NCBI GenBank assembly: GCA_964510165.1
Contig: CAZEBC010000061.1
Coordinates: 1-19,520, forward strand
From: an uncultured bacterium
GTDB taxonomy: Bacteria > Abyssobacteria > SURF-5
DNA: 19,520 bases
Direction of reading: 5' to 3'
Shown: positions 7,626-15,760 of the stretch, in pieces
Layout: each line of letters opens with the position of its first letter
Numbering within the stretch: position 1 is the first letter of the stretch
Notes under the pieces: model-generated
Database searches by the model: none
The model's input: only the letters and a program-made list of their open reading frames with translations
Told to the model about the DNA's origin: nothing
Position numbers and translations under genes: made by a program

Positions 7626-7679
7626 TTATCTCACTTCTAACGTTTCGTTCACATTTCCTTAACAATCCGAAAGTATCAT
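7626..7679 (+). promoter_or_regulatory. Pho-box-like 11-bp direct-repeat array plus -10 element
   Basis: TTATCT (7626), CTAACG (7637), TTCACA (7648), TTAACA (7659) at exact 11-bp spacing, then TATCAT at 7674-7679. Confidence 0.65.
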
Positions 7680-7710
7680 TGAGTTGAAGCATGGAAAAGG
7701 AGACAGGAAC

Positions 7711-7917
7711 ATGATGGCCGTTCAACATGATGAGTGCCGATGGTGTGGCGACCCGCATGTGTATCAAATGGGACTCTGCTACATCTGCTATGAGGAGCGC
7801 ATGTGTGCGCACAAAAACGAACGCAACAATGAGTCGCTCCGCGCCCGTGATATCATCGGCATGGTCAGAGAAATTACCAACCGTCGTATCCGCGGACGCA
7901 TCGTCGTCGTGGATTGA
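7711..7917 (+). CDS. Small hypothetical protein with a CxxC-x10-CxxC (zinc-finger-like) motif
   Basis: 68 aa from ATG 7711 after AAGGAG. CRWC-GDPHVYQMGL-CYIC, basic C-terminal helix. Stop overlaps the TTG of the next ORF (TTGA, 7914-7917). Confidence 0.6.
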   Translation: MMAVQHDECRWCGDPHVYQMGLCYICYEERMCAHKNERNNESLRARDIIGMVREITNRRIRGRIVVVD

Positions 7918-8795
7918 GCACCCTTCCTTTCACGGAAGACGGGTTAGATATGAGAAACGAACTCGAAACCAAGCTTGAAGTGTCGTTTGATTTGTTCGCG
8001 CAGACAAATAACTGCCGGTTTGAACCTGAGCAGTGCCGACAACGGAGCAAAGAATTTGGAGCGAGGCTTGCAGAAAGAGAACAGAAACTCCGCCAGACCG
8101 AGCGACTTGCGTCAATTGGCCAAACGATGACGCACGTTGCCCATGAACTTCGGAATACCTTGCAGAACATGCGCTTAAACGTCGATATGCTGCGAGCGGA
8201 AATCCGAAGCGACTTATCCGAAACGGAGGCCCTTGACCAGATCGACAAGGGAATCCAGCAAATGAGCCTTATGGCCGCAGAGATTCTGGACTACACCAAA
8301 CCACCGGATTTGTGCTATTGCGCCGTGACAACGAGCAGATTGATTCAGGAAGCCCTGAAGGCAGCCGCTTACCATCTACGGGACATCTCTGTGTCCATTC
8401 ACCTGGACGGGGGGGATGAAGAAATCCATGTGGACTTCCCAAGACTGACCAGTGTGCTGGTCAACCTGTTTTCCAATGCCGCAGAGGCGATGCCGAGCGG
8501 GGGAGAGATGACGATCCGATCGGGATTTCTCGAACCACAAGGGGAGAAACTGTTGAGACTCACGGTCTCCGATACCGGCTGTGGCATTCCAGAAGAGAAC
8601 CTGGAAAGGATTTTTGAGCCGTTCGTCACTACAAAGCCCCACGGAGTAGGCCTCGGCCTTTCCATAAGCAAGAAGATCGTTGAGAACCATGCGGGAACCA
8701 TCAGCGTCACGAGCGCGGTCGATGAAGGGACTACAGTCGAGATCGTTATACCGTGTCGCAATCGACTGGTGGCGGCGGCTCCGCTGCCGTCCTGA
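7914..8795 (+). CDS. Soluble histidine kinase (HisKA + HATPase_c, NtrB-like) with no evident sensor domain
   Basis: H-box VAHELRN, N-box LVNLFSNAAEA, G1 DTGCGI, F-box IFEPFVTTK, G2 GVGLGL. No TM segment. Start may be ATG 7950. Confidence 0.9.
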   Translation: MSTLPFTEDGLDMRNELETKLEVSFDLFAQTNNCRFEPEQCRQRSKEFGARLAEREQKLRQTERLASIGQTMTHVAHELRNTLQNMRLNVDMLRAEIRSDLSETEALDQIDKGIQQMSLMAAEILDYTKPPDLCYCAVTTSRLIQEALKAAAYHLRDISVSIHLDGGDEEIHVDFPRLTSVLVNLFSNAAEAMPSGGEMTIRSGFLEPQGEKLLRLTVSDTGCGIPEENLERIFEPFVTTKPHGVGLGLSISKKIVENHAGTISVTSAVDEGTTVEIVIPCRNRLVAAAPLPS

Positions 8796-8816
8796 CATTT
8801 CCGCCGGCGAGAGTCT

Positions 8817-9032
8817 ATGAACACCGCGGCTCACGTTAACTTCATATTCTCCTCGCTCATGGCGCTATGGGCTTATTCAATTTGGCAATTCACGCGTTGG
8901 AGAACTCTGTATCTTGAGCGAAAGGCAGGTGATGCGCTCGAAAATCCATTGAATGACTGGATGATTCAAGTCTTCGTCAGAATCTCGGCGTTGTTGTTAC
9001 TTGTTGTGATTGTAATTCTGCAATTGCGGTAA
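8817..9032 (+). CDS. Small hypothetical membrane protein (2 hydrophobic segments)
   Basis: 71-aa ORF filling the gap between the kinase (21 bp) and the porin (20 bp). FIFSSLMALWAYSIW and ISALLLLVVIVILQL. Weak RBS. Confidence 0.5.
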   Translation: MNTAAHVNFIFSSLMALWAYSIWQFTRWRTLYLERKAGDALENPLNDWMIQVFVRISALLLLVVIVILQLR

Positions 9033-9052
9033 TTGTGACCGGAGGAGAAGGA

Positions 9053-10366
9053 ATGAAGAAGTGGATCGTGTCCGTCTGCGCGGGTTTACTCCTGCTCTCG
9101 GGAAGGGCGTATGGAGAGAGCGCGCAGTCAGAGATTGAAATGCTTCGAAAGATGGCTGAGGAACAGAACCGAACCATCAATCAGTTGTTGCAACGCATAG
9201 AGACACTGGAGTCCCAGCAGGAACGGATCGAGGCGACCCAGGAAGACCAGGGCCAATGGATAGACTCGGCGAAGCAGGAAGAACCCCTGTGGGCCGAAAA
9301 GGTGAAGGTCAAGGGCGATTTCCGCTATCGGTACGAACACATTCGTGACGACAGCCGAGGCAACGACCGCGATGACAACCGCAACCGCAATCGAATCCGC
9401 GCCCGCGTCGGCCTCGAGGCCATGCTCAATGATGAGATCGACCTCGGCTTCCAGCTCTCGACCGGCGAGGTCGTGGACGCCAACGGAAACGACGAGGGCG
9501 ATCCCGTCTCCAACAACCAGTCGCTCAAGAACGCATGGTCGCTCAAGAACATCTGGCTGTCTGAAGCCTACTTTGACTATCACCCGACATATGCGCCGGG
9601 ATTAAGTCTGCTCGGCGGCAAGGTGAAACGGCCCTTCGTCACGCCGGTCGACAGCGAGCTTATATGGGACAGCGACGTATACCCCGAGGGTGGCGTCATC
9701 GCCTATCACAAGCCGCTCGACCAACTTGAGCTGTTCGCAAGCGGCTATGGCTTCTGGGTTGTCGAACGCGCGCGCGAGGGCGACTCGGGAATGTTCGGCG
9801 GCCAGGGCGGCGCAAAATATAATCTCACCGTGCTCGACGACAAAGCCTACATCATGGCGGGTGGGAGCTATTACGACTTTGGCAGCGTTGAGGGCGAGCA
9901 GTTCTTTGTCGAGGATGACCCCTTCGGCAACACCGAAGACCCCCTGGAACCCGGCGTCTTCGCCGAGGACTTCAACCTGGTCAACCTGTTCGGCGAGTTC
10001 GGCTTCCATGTTCGCGGCCTGCCCGTGGCGGCGTTTGCCGACTACGTCGTCAACACAGCGGCCAACGACGAGGACACCGGCTGGTCTCTGGGCTTCAAGC
10101 TCGGCAAGGCCAAAGACCCGCGCACATGGGAAGCCAGATACCTCTATAAGAAAGTCGAAAAGGACGCCGTCTTCGGCACTTTTACCGACTCCGACTTCGG
10201 CGGGGGCGGAACCAATGCCGAGGGGCATGAGATCAACCTCGTATATGCCCTCTCGAAGAACTGGTCGGTGGCGGCGACGTATTTCCACAATGACATCAAC
10301 ATCGCCTCCGGCGAGCAGGAGGAAGATTTCCAGCGGGTTCAGCTCGACATGATGTTCAAGTTCTGA
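9053..10366 (+). CDS. Putative outer-membrane porin (Porin_5 / 'putative porin'-like), probably for phosphate uptake
   Basis: ATG 9053 after GGAGGAG. Signal peptide, N-terminal coiled coil, GDFRYRYE, RNRIRARVG, LIWDSDVYPEG, DSDFGGGGTN. Amphipathic last strand ending in Phe. Lies directly upstream of pstS. Confidence 0.85.
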   Translation: MKKWIVSVCAGLLLLSGRAYGESAQSEIEMLRKMAEEQNRTINQLLQRIETLESQQERIEATQEDQGQWIDSAKQEEPLWAEKVKVKGDFRYRYEHIRDDSRGNDRDDNRNRNRIRARVGLEAMLNDEIDLGFQLSTGEVVDANGNDEGDPVSNNQSLKNAWSLKNIWLSEAYFDYHPTYAPGLSLLGGKVKRPFVTPVDSELIWDSDVYPEGGVIAYHKPLDQLELFASGYGFWVVERAREGDSGMFGGQGGAKYNLTVLDDKAYIMAGGSYYDFGSVEGEQFFVEDDPFGNTEDPLEPGVFAEDFNLVNLFGEFGFHVRGLPVAAFADYVVNTAANDEDTGWSLGFKLGKAKDPRTWEARYLYKKVEKDAVFGTFTDSDFGGGGTNAEGHEINLVYALSKNWSVAATYFHNDINIASGEQEEDFQRVQLDMMFKF

Positions 10367-10391
10367 GACCGTCAGGCGGCCTCTTTCCGGC

Positions 10392-10430
10392 TTGACAGGA
10401 TATTAACATAATCTTAACGGAAAACTAACA
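10392..10430 (+). promoter_or_regulatory. Four-unit Pho-box-like array upstream of pstS
   Basis: TTGACA (10392), TTAACA (10403), TTAACG (10414), CTAACA (10425) at exact 11-bp periodicity in an AT-rich patch. Confidence 0.8.
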
Positions 10431-10464
10431 TTCGTCTGCGAGACTCTTAAAAGGAGGAAATGAT

Positions 10465-11502
10465 ATGAAGCGAACACTTCTGTTCGGAGTGGCTTTGATG
10501 CTGCTCGCCGCTGTCAGCGCCACGGCGGAAGAAATAACGATTAACGGCGCCGGGGCCACGTTCCCATACCCCGTCTATTCACAGTGGGCGTATAAGTACA
10601 ACAAGCTTACCGGCATGAAGCTCAACTACCAATCCATCGGGTCGGGCGGCGGGATTGCACAGATAAAGGCCAAGACTGTCGACTTCGGCGCGTCGGACGC
10701 TCCGCTGGAACCGAAGGAACTGCAAGAGGCCGGACTGCTCCAATTCCCGATGGTCATCGGCGGCGTGGTGCCCGTCATCAATGTGCCGGGCATCGAATCC
10801 GGCCAGTTGCGACTCACCGGCGATACGCTCGCGCAAATATTCCTGGGAAACATAACCAAATGGAACGACCCGGCCATCGCCGCCATCAACAAGGACATAA
10901 AACTGCCGGATACGGCTATTACTGTCGTTCACAGGGCCGACGGCTCCGGCACCACATGGATTTTCACCGACTACCTGAACAAGGTGTCCAAGAAATGGAG
11001 TGCACAGGTGGGTGCCGGCAAAGCGGTGGCTTGGCCGGTTGGGATCGGCGGCAAGGGAAATGAGGGCGTCGCCTCCTACGTGCAGCAGGTTGCCAGTTCC
11101 ATCGGTTACGTCGAATACGCATACGCCCTCCAGAACAACATGGCGCATGTGCTCCTCAAGAACCGTGACGGCGCCTATGTGGAACCGGTCATTGAAACCT
11201 TCCAGGCCGCGGCCGCAAACGCCGACTGGAAGAGCGCGCCCGGCTTCTACGTCGTGCTCACCGATCAACCGGGAGAGAAAAGCTGGCCGATAACCGGCGC
11301 CTCCTTCATCCTGGTGTATGAGAAGCAGGGAGACCCCAAGCGTACAAAGGCCATGCTCTCGTTTTTCGATTGGTGTTATCGTCATGGGGACGAGATCGCG
11401 CGGGAACTCCACTACGTTCCGATGCCCATGAATGTCGTCGATCTCGTCGAAGCAGCCTGGGGCGCAAAGTTGAAAGCAGATGGAAAGCCGATCTGGCCGT
11501 GA
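10465..11502 (+). CDS. pstS: Phosphate ABC transporter substrate-binding protein
   Basis: RBS AAGGAGG. Signal peptide, GAGATFPYP, YQSIGSGGG, DFGASD, HRADGSGTT, GKGNEGV, IGYVEYAYA. Confidence 0.98.
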   Translation: MKRTLLFGVALMLLAAVSATAEEITINGAGATFPYPVYSQWAYKYNKLTGMKLNYQSIGSGGGIAQIKAKTVDFGASDAPLEPKELQEAGLLQFPMVIGGVVPVINVPGIESGQLRLTGDTLAQIFLGNITKWNDPAIAAINKDIKLPDTAITVVHRADGSGTTWIFTDYLNKVSKKWSAQVGAGKAVAWPVGIGGKGNEGVASYVQQVASSIGYVEYAYALQNNMAHVLLKNRDGAYVEPVIETFQAAAANADWKSAPGFYVVLTDQPGEKSWPITGASFILVYEKQGDPKRTKAMLSFFDWCYRHGDEIARELHYVPMPMNVVDLVEAAWGAKLKADGKPIWP

Positions 11503-11534
11503 GCTGTATTGCTCAAAGCGAACCACAAACAATG

Positions 11535-11560
11535 GAGGGGCACGGTGCGCCGTGCCCTTC
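11535..11560 (+). repeat. REP-like hairpin between pstS and pstC
   Basis: GAG-GGGCACGG-TGCG-CCGTGCCC-TTC. No long U-tract follows. Confidence 0.7.
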
Positions 11561-11586
11561 TCGTCTTGAGGTGACATAATTCGGGT

Positions 11587-12564
11587 ATGCCAAACGAAGT
11601 CACGGAAATCGGGATCGTCACGCATCGCGCAGCGGCCTCATCGCGCGTGGGTAAGGGCGCCGACACGGCCTTCAAGTGGCTCACGGCCGCCTGCGCCGCC
11701 CTCTTGTTGATGGTTTTGCTCGGTATCTTCGTTGAACTTGTGTGGCATTCACGGCTTTCGCTGAAAGAATTCGGCCTTGAGTTCCTTGTGTCTCAAAGCT
11801 GGAACCCCGTCACTCAGGAGTTCGGCGCGCTGAGCAGCATTTATGGGACGGTCGTCTCGACGCTGATTGCGATGCTGCTTGCGGTTCCCCTCAGCGTCGT
11901 CATCGCGCTCTTCTTGGTGGAACTCGCGCCGCAGTGGATGAGCAGGCTCATCGGCGGCGCCATCGAGTTGCTGGCCTCGATCCCGAGCATCATTTACGGC
12001 ATGTGGGGCCTCTTCGTGTTCGCGCCGTTCATGAGCACTCACATTCAACCGTTCCTCGGAAAAGTCGGAGGATGGACGCCGCTCTTCCAAGGGCCTCCCA
12101 TGGGAATCGGGATGCTGACCGCCGGCGTCATTCTCGCGCTCATGATTCTGCCGTTCATCAGCGCGGTGTACCGCGACGTGTTCCGCATGGTGCCCGCCGT
12201 CGTGAAGGAGTCCGCCTTCGGCGTGGGAGCGACCACGTGGGAGGTGACGCGCAAGGTCACCATCCGATACGGCGCTCGCGGGATGGTCGGAGGGACGTTC
12301 CTCGGCCTGGGGCGCGCGCTCGGCGAGACGATGGCGGTCACGTTTGTCATCGGCAACGAGCATTCGGTTTCGGCTTCGCTGTTTGCGCCGGGCAACAGCA
12401 TCGCCTCCGCCCTCGCTAACGAGTTCACGGAGGCCTCCGAGCCGATCTATTTGAGCGCGCTGATAGAACTCGGCCTGGTCCTGTTCATCATGACCTTCTT
12501 CGTTCAATTCATCGCCCAGCATTGGCTGCGCAGGCTCAAACTGCAGGCGGGAGGCGGCCTGTGA
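11587..12564 (+). CDS. pstC: Phosphate ABC transporter permease PstC
   Basis: WNPV..FGAL..IYGT, IELLASIPSIIYGMWG, KESAFGVGATTWE, LGRALGETMAV, LANEFTEA. Confidence 0.97.
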   Translation: MPNEVTEIGIVTHRAAASSRVGKGADTAFKWLTAACAALLLMVLLGIFVELVWHSRLSLKEFGLEFLVSQSWNPVTQEFGALSSIYGTVVSTLIAMLLAVPLSVVIALFLVELAPQWMSRLIGGAIELLASIPSIIYGMWGLFVFAPFMSTHIQPFLGKVGGWTPLFQGPPMGIGMLTAGVILALMILPFISAVYRDVFRMVPAVVKESAFGVGATTWEVTRKVTIRYGARGMVGGTFLGLGRALGETMAVTFVIGNEHSVSASLFAPGNSIASALANEFTEASEPIYLSALIELGLVLFIMTFFVQFIAQHWLRRLKLQAGGGL

Positions 12565-13412
12565 GACACCGCTCTCTCAATAGAAGACGATGGGTCGATG
12601 TATCGGTCAAGGTCCTGTCCGGCGGGTCTGCCTTGATCGGTGTGATTGCCCTCGGATGGATTCTGTCCGTCGTGGCCATGCGGGGACTCGGAGCGATCAA
12701 TATCGCTTTCTTTACTGAATTGCCGACGCCGCCCGGCATCGTGGGCGGGGGCCTCGCAAGCGCGATTGTCGGAACGCTCGCGATGACGGCGCTCGCATCC
12801 GTCATCGGCATAACGACGGGCCTGCTTGCGGGCATATTCCTCGCCGAGTTCGGGCGCGATTCGCTCTTCGCGGAATCGGTGCGAACGGGAACCAACATCC
12901 TCATGGGAACGCCCTCGATCATAGTCGGCGTGTTCGTGTATACTCTTATGGTAATGACTGCGGGCCATTTCTCGGGCTATGCAGGCGCCGTGGCCCTCGC
13001 CATCATCATGTTCCCTGTAGTCGCGCGAACCACTGAGGACATGCTGGCACTGGTGCCCAACGAACTCCGCGAGTCCGCGCTCGCCATCGGGGCGCCCAGA
13101 TGGCGGATGACGCTCGGCATCGTGTTTCGCGCCGCCAGGGCGGGCCTGCTCACCGGAGTCCTGCTGGCCATCGCCAGGATAACGGGCGAAACCGCTCCCC
13201 TGCTGTTCACCGCCCTTAACAGCCCCTATTGGCCAAAGAACTTGAATGGACCGACCGCCAACCTGACGGTCACGATATTCAATTATGCGATGTCCCCGTA
13301 TCGAGATTGGCAGCAGATGGCCTGGGGCGCCTCGTTCCTCATTACGGCGGGCGTGCTCGCTGTCACAATAGTGGTGAGGACTTTGCTTCGCGAGAAGAAG
13401 AGGACGTCATGA
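12561..13412 (+). CDS. pstA: Phosphate ABC transporter permease PstA
   Basis: GTG start overlaps the pstC stop (GTGA) after [57 protein letters not shown]. Confidence 0.96.
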   Translation: MRHRSLNRRRWVDVSVKVLSGGSALIGVIALGWILSVVAMRGLGAINIAFFTELPTPPGIVGGGLASAIVGTLAMTALASVIGITTGLLAGIFLAEFGRDSLFAESVRTGTNILMGTPSIIVGVFVYTLMVMTAGHFSGYAGAVALAIIMFPVVARTTEDMLALVPNELRESALAIGAPRWRMTLGIVFRAARAGLLTGVLLAIARITGETAPLLFTALNSPYWPKNLNGPTANLTVTIFNYAMSPYRDWQQMAWGASFLITAGVLAVTIVVRTLLREKKRTS

Positions 13413-14254
13413 CCGAAAGAGCAAGGATGATCCAACAGGTATCGGGGCTTCCGAGAACGATCGTTGGAGACCAGGTGGAACCCAGACCCGCGCAACCATC
13501 GGCCAGCAAAGTCTCGGTGCGCAATCTGAGCTTTTATTACGGCAAACAACAGGCGCTTTTCGACAACAATCTCGAGATCAGACCGAACCAGGTGACGGCC
13601 ATCATCGGCCCGTCGGGCTGCGGCAAATCCACCCACATCCGCGTCTACAACCGCATCTACGAACTGTATCCCGACCAACGCGCCACGGGGGAAGTCATCT
13701 TCAACGGCGAGAATCTGCTTTCTCCGGACACCGATCTCATCGAGCTTCGCAGAAAGATCGGCATGATATTCCAGAAGCCAACCCCGTTCCCGATGAGCGT
13801 GTTCGAGAACGTCGCCTACGGCCTCAGGCTGCATTACCGCATGAACAAGTCCGAGCTGGCGGAGCGTGTCGAGCGCGCGCTCAAGGACGCCGCCCTGTGG
13901 GATGAGGTGAAAGGCAAGCTCCATAATCCCGGCACGGCGTTGTCCGGCGGCCAGCAACAACGCCTGTGCATAGCGCGAGCCATCGCGCTCGAGCCGGAAC
14001 TGCTCCTGATGGATGAGCCGTGTTCGGCGATCGACCCTGTCGCCACTGCGAAGATCGAAGACCTCATCGAGACCCTCAGGGAGAATTACACCATTGTCCT
14101 CGTGACTCACAACATGCAGCAGGCTGCCCGTGTCTCCGATTATACGGCCTTCTTCTACCACGGCCGCATCGTGGAGTTCGGCTCAACCAAACGGATATTC
14201 ACGAATCCCTCGAACAAACAGACGCAGGACTACATCACGGGCAGGTTCGGGTGA
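13409..14254 (+). CDS. pstB: Phosphate ABC transporter ATP-binding protein PstB
   Basis: ATGA overlap with pstA. Walker [48 protein letters not shown], terminal YITGRFG. Confidence 0.98.
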   Translation: MTERARMIQQVSGLPRTIVGDQVEPRPAQPSASKVSVRNLSFYYGKQQALFDNNLEIRPNQVTAIIGPSGCGKSTHIRVYNRIYELYPDQRATGEVIFNGENLLSPDTDLIELRRKIGMIFQKPTPFPMSVFENVAYGLRLHYRMNKSELAERVERALKDAALWDEVKGKLHNPGTALSGGQQQRLCIARAIALEPELLLMDEPCSAIDPVATAKIEDLIETLRENYTIVLVTHNMQQAARVSDYTAFFYHGRIVEFGSTKRIFTNPSNKQTQDYITGRFG

Positions 14255-14270
14255 GAAAGGAAACGGGGCC

Positions 14271-14930
14271 ATGCCGCTTCATCTCCAGAGAGAAATCGAA
14301 GAGCTGAAAAAGGAAATCCTCTACCTCGGGGCCATTGTCGAGGAGAACGTCCGCCGGGCCGTCAAGAGCATCGAGGAGCGCGACCCGCTCCTCGCCCAGC
14401 AGGTGATCCAGATTGACAACGAGATCGACAAAAGGGAAGTCAAGATCGAGGAAGACTGCCTCAAAATCCTCGCGCTCCACCAACCGGTCGCCATAGACCT
14501 GCGCTTCATCGTCGCCGTCCTCAAGCTCAACACCGACCTCGAACGCATCGGCGACCTCGCTGTCAACATCGCCGAGCGCTCTCTCTACCTCGCCAATACC
14601 GAACGGACTTCCGTAACGTTCGACTACCGCCCCATGACCGCCAAGACCAAAGAAATGCTCCGGAAGAGCCTGGACTCATTCGTCAATATGAACCCCGACC
14701 TCGCCCGAGAGGTCTGCGCCGATGACGACCCCGTTGACGCCATGGAACAGCAGATAATCAAACAGGTGGAACTTGCAATGAGGCAGCACCCCGACCAGGT
14801 CGACCGACTGCTGCATTACATGTTCGTCGCCAAACACCTCGAACGCATCGCCGACCACGCCACCAACATATCCGAAGACGTCATCTATACTGTCAAAGGC
14901 GAAATCGTCCGCCACGGCGGCAATGTTTGA
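14271..14930 (+). CDS. phoU: Phosphate signalling/transport regulator PhoU
   Basis: ATG 14271. ALHQPVAIDLR, DLERIGDLAVNIA, LERIADHATNISEDVIY..KGE..RH. Confidence 0.97.
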   Translation: MPLHLQREIEELKKEILYLGAIVEENVRRAVKSIEERDPLLAQQVIQIDNEIDKREVKIEEDCLKILALHQPVAIDLRFIVAVLKLNTDLERIGDLAVNIAERSLYLANTERTSVTFDYRPMTAKTKEMLRKSLDSFVNMNPDLAREVCADDDPVDAMEQQIIKQVELAMRQHPDQVDRLLHYMFVAKHLERIADHATNISEDVIYTVKGEIVRHGGNV

Positions 14931-14942
14931 CCATGAAAGCGA

Positions 14943-14978
14943 AAGAGGCCCATGCGCCTCTCCGCGCATGAGCCTCTT
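14943..14978. terminator. Stem-loop between convergent phoU and DUF378 genes (possible bidirectional terminator)
   Basis: AAGAGGC-C-CATGCGC-ctctcc-GCGCATG-A-GCCTCTT. U-tracts are short. Confidence 0.6.
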
Positions 14979-15001
14979 GGCTCTGATGCATCAGCGCCCC
15001 C

Positions 15002-15241
15002 TTAACCGTGGGACTCGGCGGTGATCATTCGATGATAGTAGACCCTGATCTGGAACAGCTCATACAGGCCGGCAATACCTATCAGGGTATACACTATCCT
15101 GACCAGGTATGTAAACCCGCCAAATACCGCTGTCACGAGGTTGAAATCGAATATGCCGAGCAACCCCCAGTTGATGGCTCCGAAAACCACCAGAGCAAAC
15201 ATGACTATATCCATCTTTTTCATTCTGTCGAGACTGTCCAT
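15002..15241 (-). CDS. DUF378 (YuzA-like) small membrane protein
   Basis: ALVVFGAINWGLLGIFDFNLVTAVFG...RIVYTLIGIAGLY. RBS AAGGAGG at 15254-15248 favours the ATG at 15241. Confidence 0.9.
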   Translation of the reverse strand: MDSLDRMKKMDIVMFALVVFGAINWGLLGIFDFNLVTAVFGGFTYLVRIVYTLIGIAGLYELFQIRVYYHRMITAESHG

Positions 15242-15615
15242 GACCATCCTCCTTCAGCACCCTACTGATCAGGGCCTTCTCTTCTCTTGATTTTGTCATT
15301 CCTGAGAAGAAATCGCAAGCGTTTCGAGAGGGATTGTTGGGTTGTAACTATATGCATTTAAACATGTTATGGTTTCCCACTTGATTTCGGGTTTCGGGCT
15401 GAAGCCGTTAAGATGAGTCAGGCTGCCTGCACGCGAAATCAGAAAGAACCAGCAAAAACCGCGCTTTAATCCGGCGATATCTGGAAAACGCGGGTGGGCG
15501 CGAACTCGTCCGCGCGTCCGTCTTTGCACGTATCAGCCGTGTTCGTCCTCGCGAATAAATTGTGGCCATTGATTATGGGATAATCTCTCGGAAGGATGTG
15601 TCATGCGGCCCGTCA

Positions 15616-15644
15616 TTGACTTATTTCTCTCCCTCACATAGAAT
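15616..15644 (+). promoter_or_regulatory. Putative sigma70 promoter for the PLP enzyme gene
   Basis: TTGACT (15616-15621), 17-bp spacer, TAGAAT (15639-15644). Same hexamers and spacing as 1686-1714. Confidence 0.65.
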
Positions 15645-15689
15645 GGTTTACGCTCTCGAAGATCAAGACCGCTCCCTGGAATTCCATCA

Positions 15690-15714
15690 TAGAGGCGGCC
15701 TTATGTGGCCGCCC
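15690..15714. repeat. REP-like hairpin (degenerate GTAG-type)
   Basis: TAGA-GGCGGCC-TTATGT-GGCCGCC-C in the leader of the PLP enzyme gene. Confidence 0.5.
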
Positions 15715-15760
15715 GCAAGGCGCTCAGTCCCGCGTTCAAAGGAGTATGAGGAGAGAAAGG

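Noticed and set aside
7914-8795. Calling the histidine kinase phoR
   Set aside because: It lacks the TM/PAS region and the SHELRTP H-box of PhoR; HELRN and FEPFVTTK are NtrB-like.
9345-9400. Repetitive AACCGC/GACGAC stretch
   Set aside because: In-frame low-complexity coding sequence (DDSRGNDRDDNRNRNR) of the porin, not a CRISPR array or separate repeat.
9602-14161. Long antisense ORFs over the porin and pst genes (e.g. 10579-11625, 13283-14161)
   Set aside because: Codon-bias shadows of well-supported genes.
13229-14270. Extended N-termini for pstB (13229) and phoU (14130)
   Set aside because: They overlap upstream genes; ATG 13409 and ATG 14271 fit coupling, RBS position and family length.
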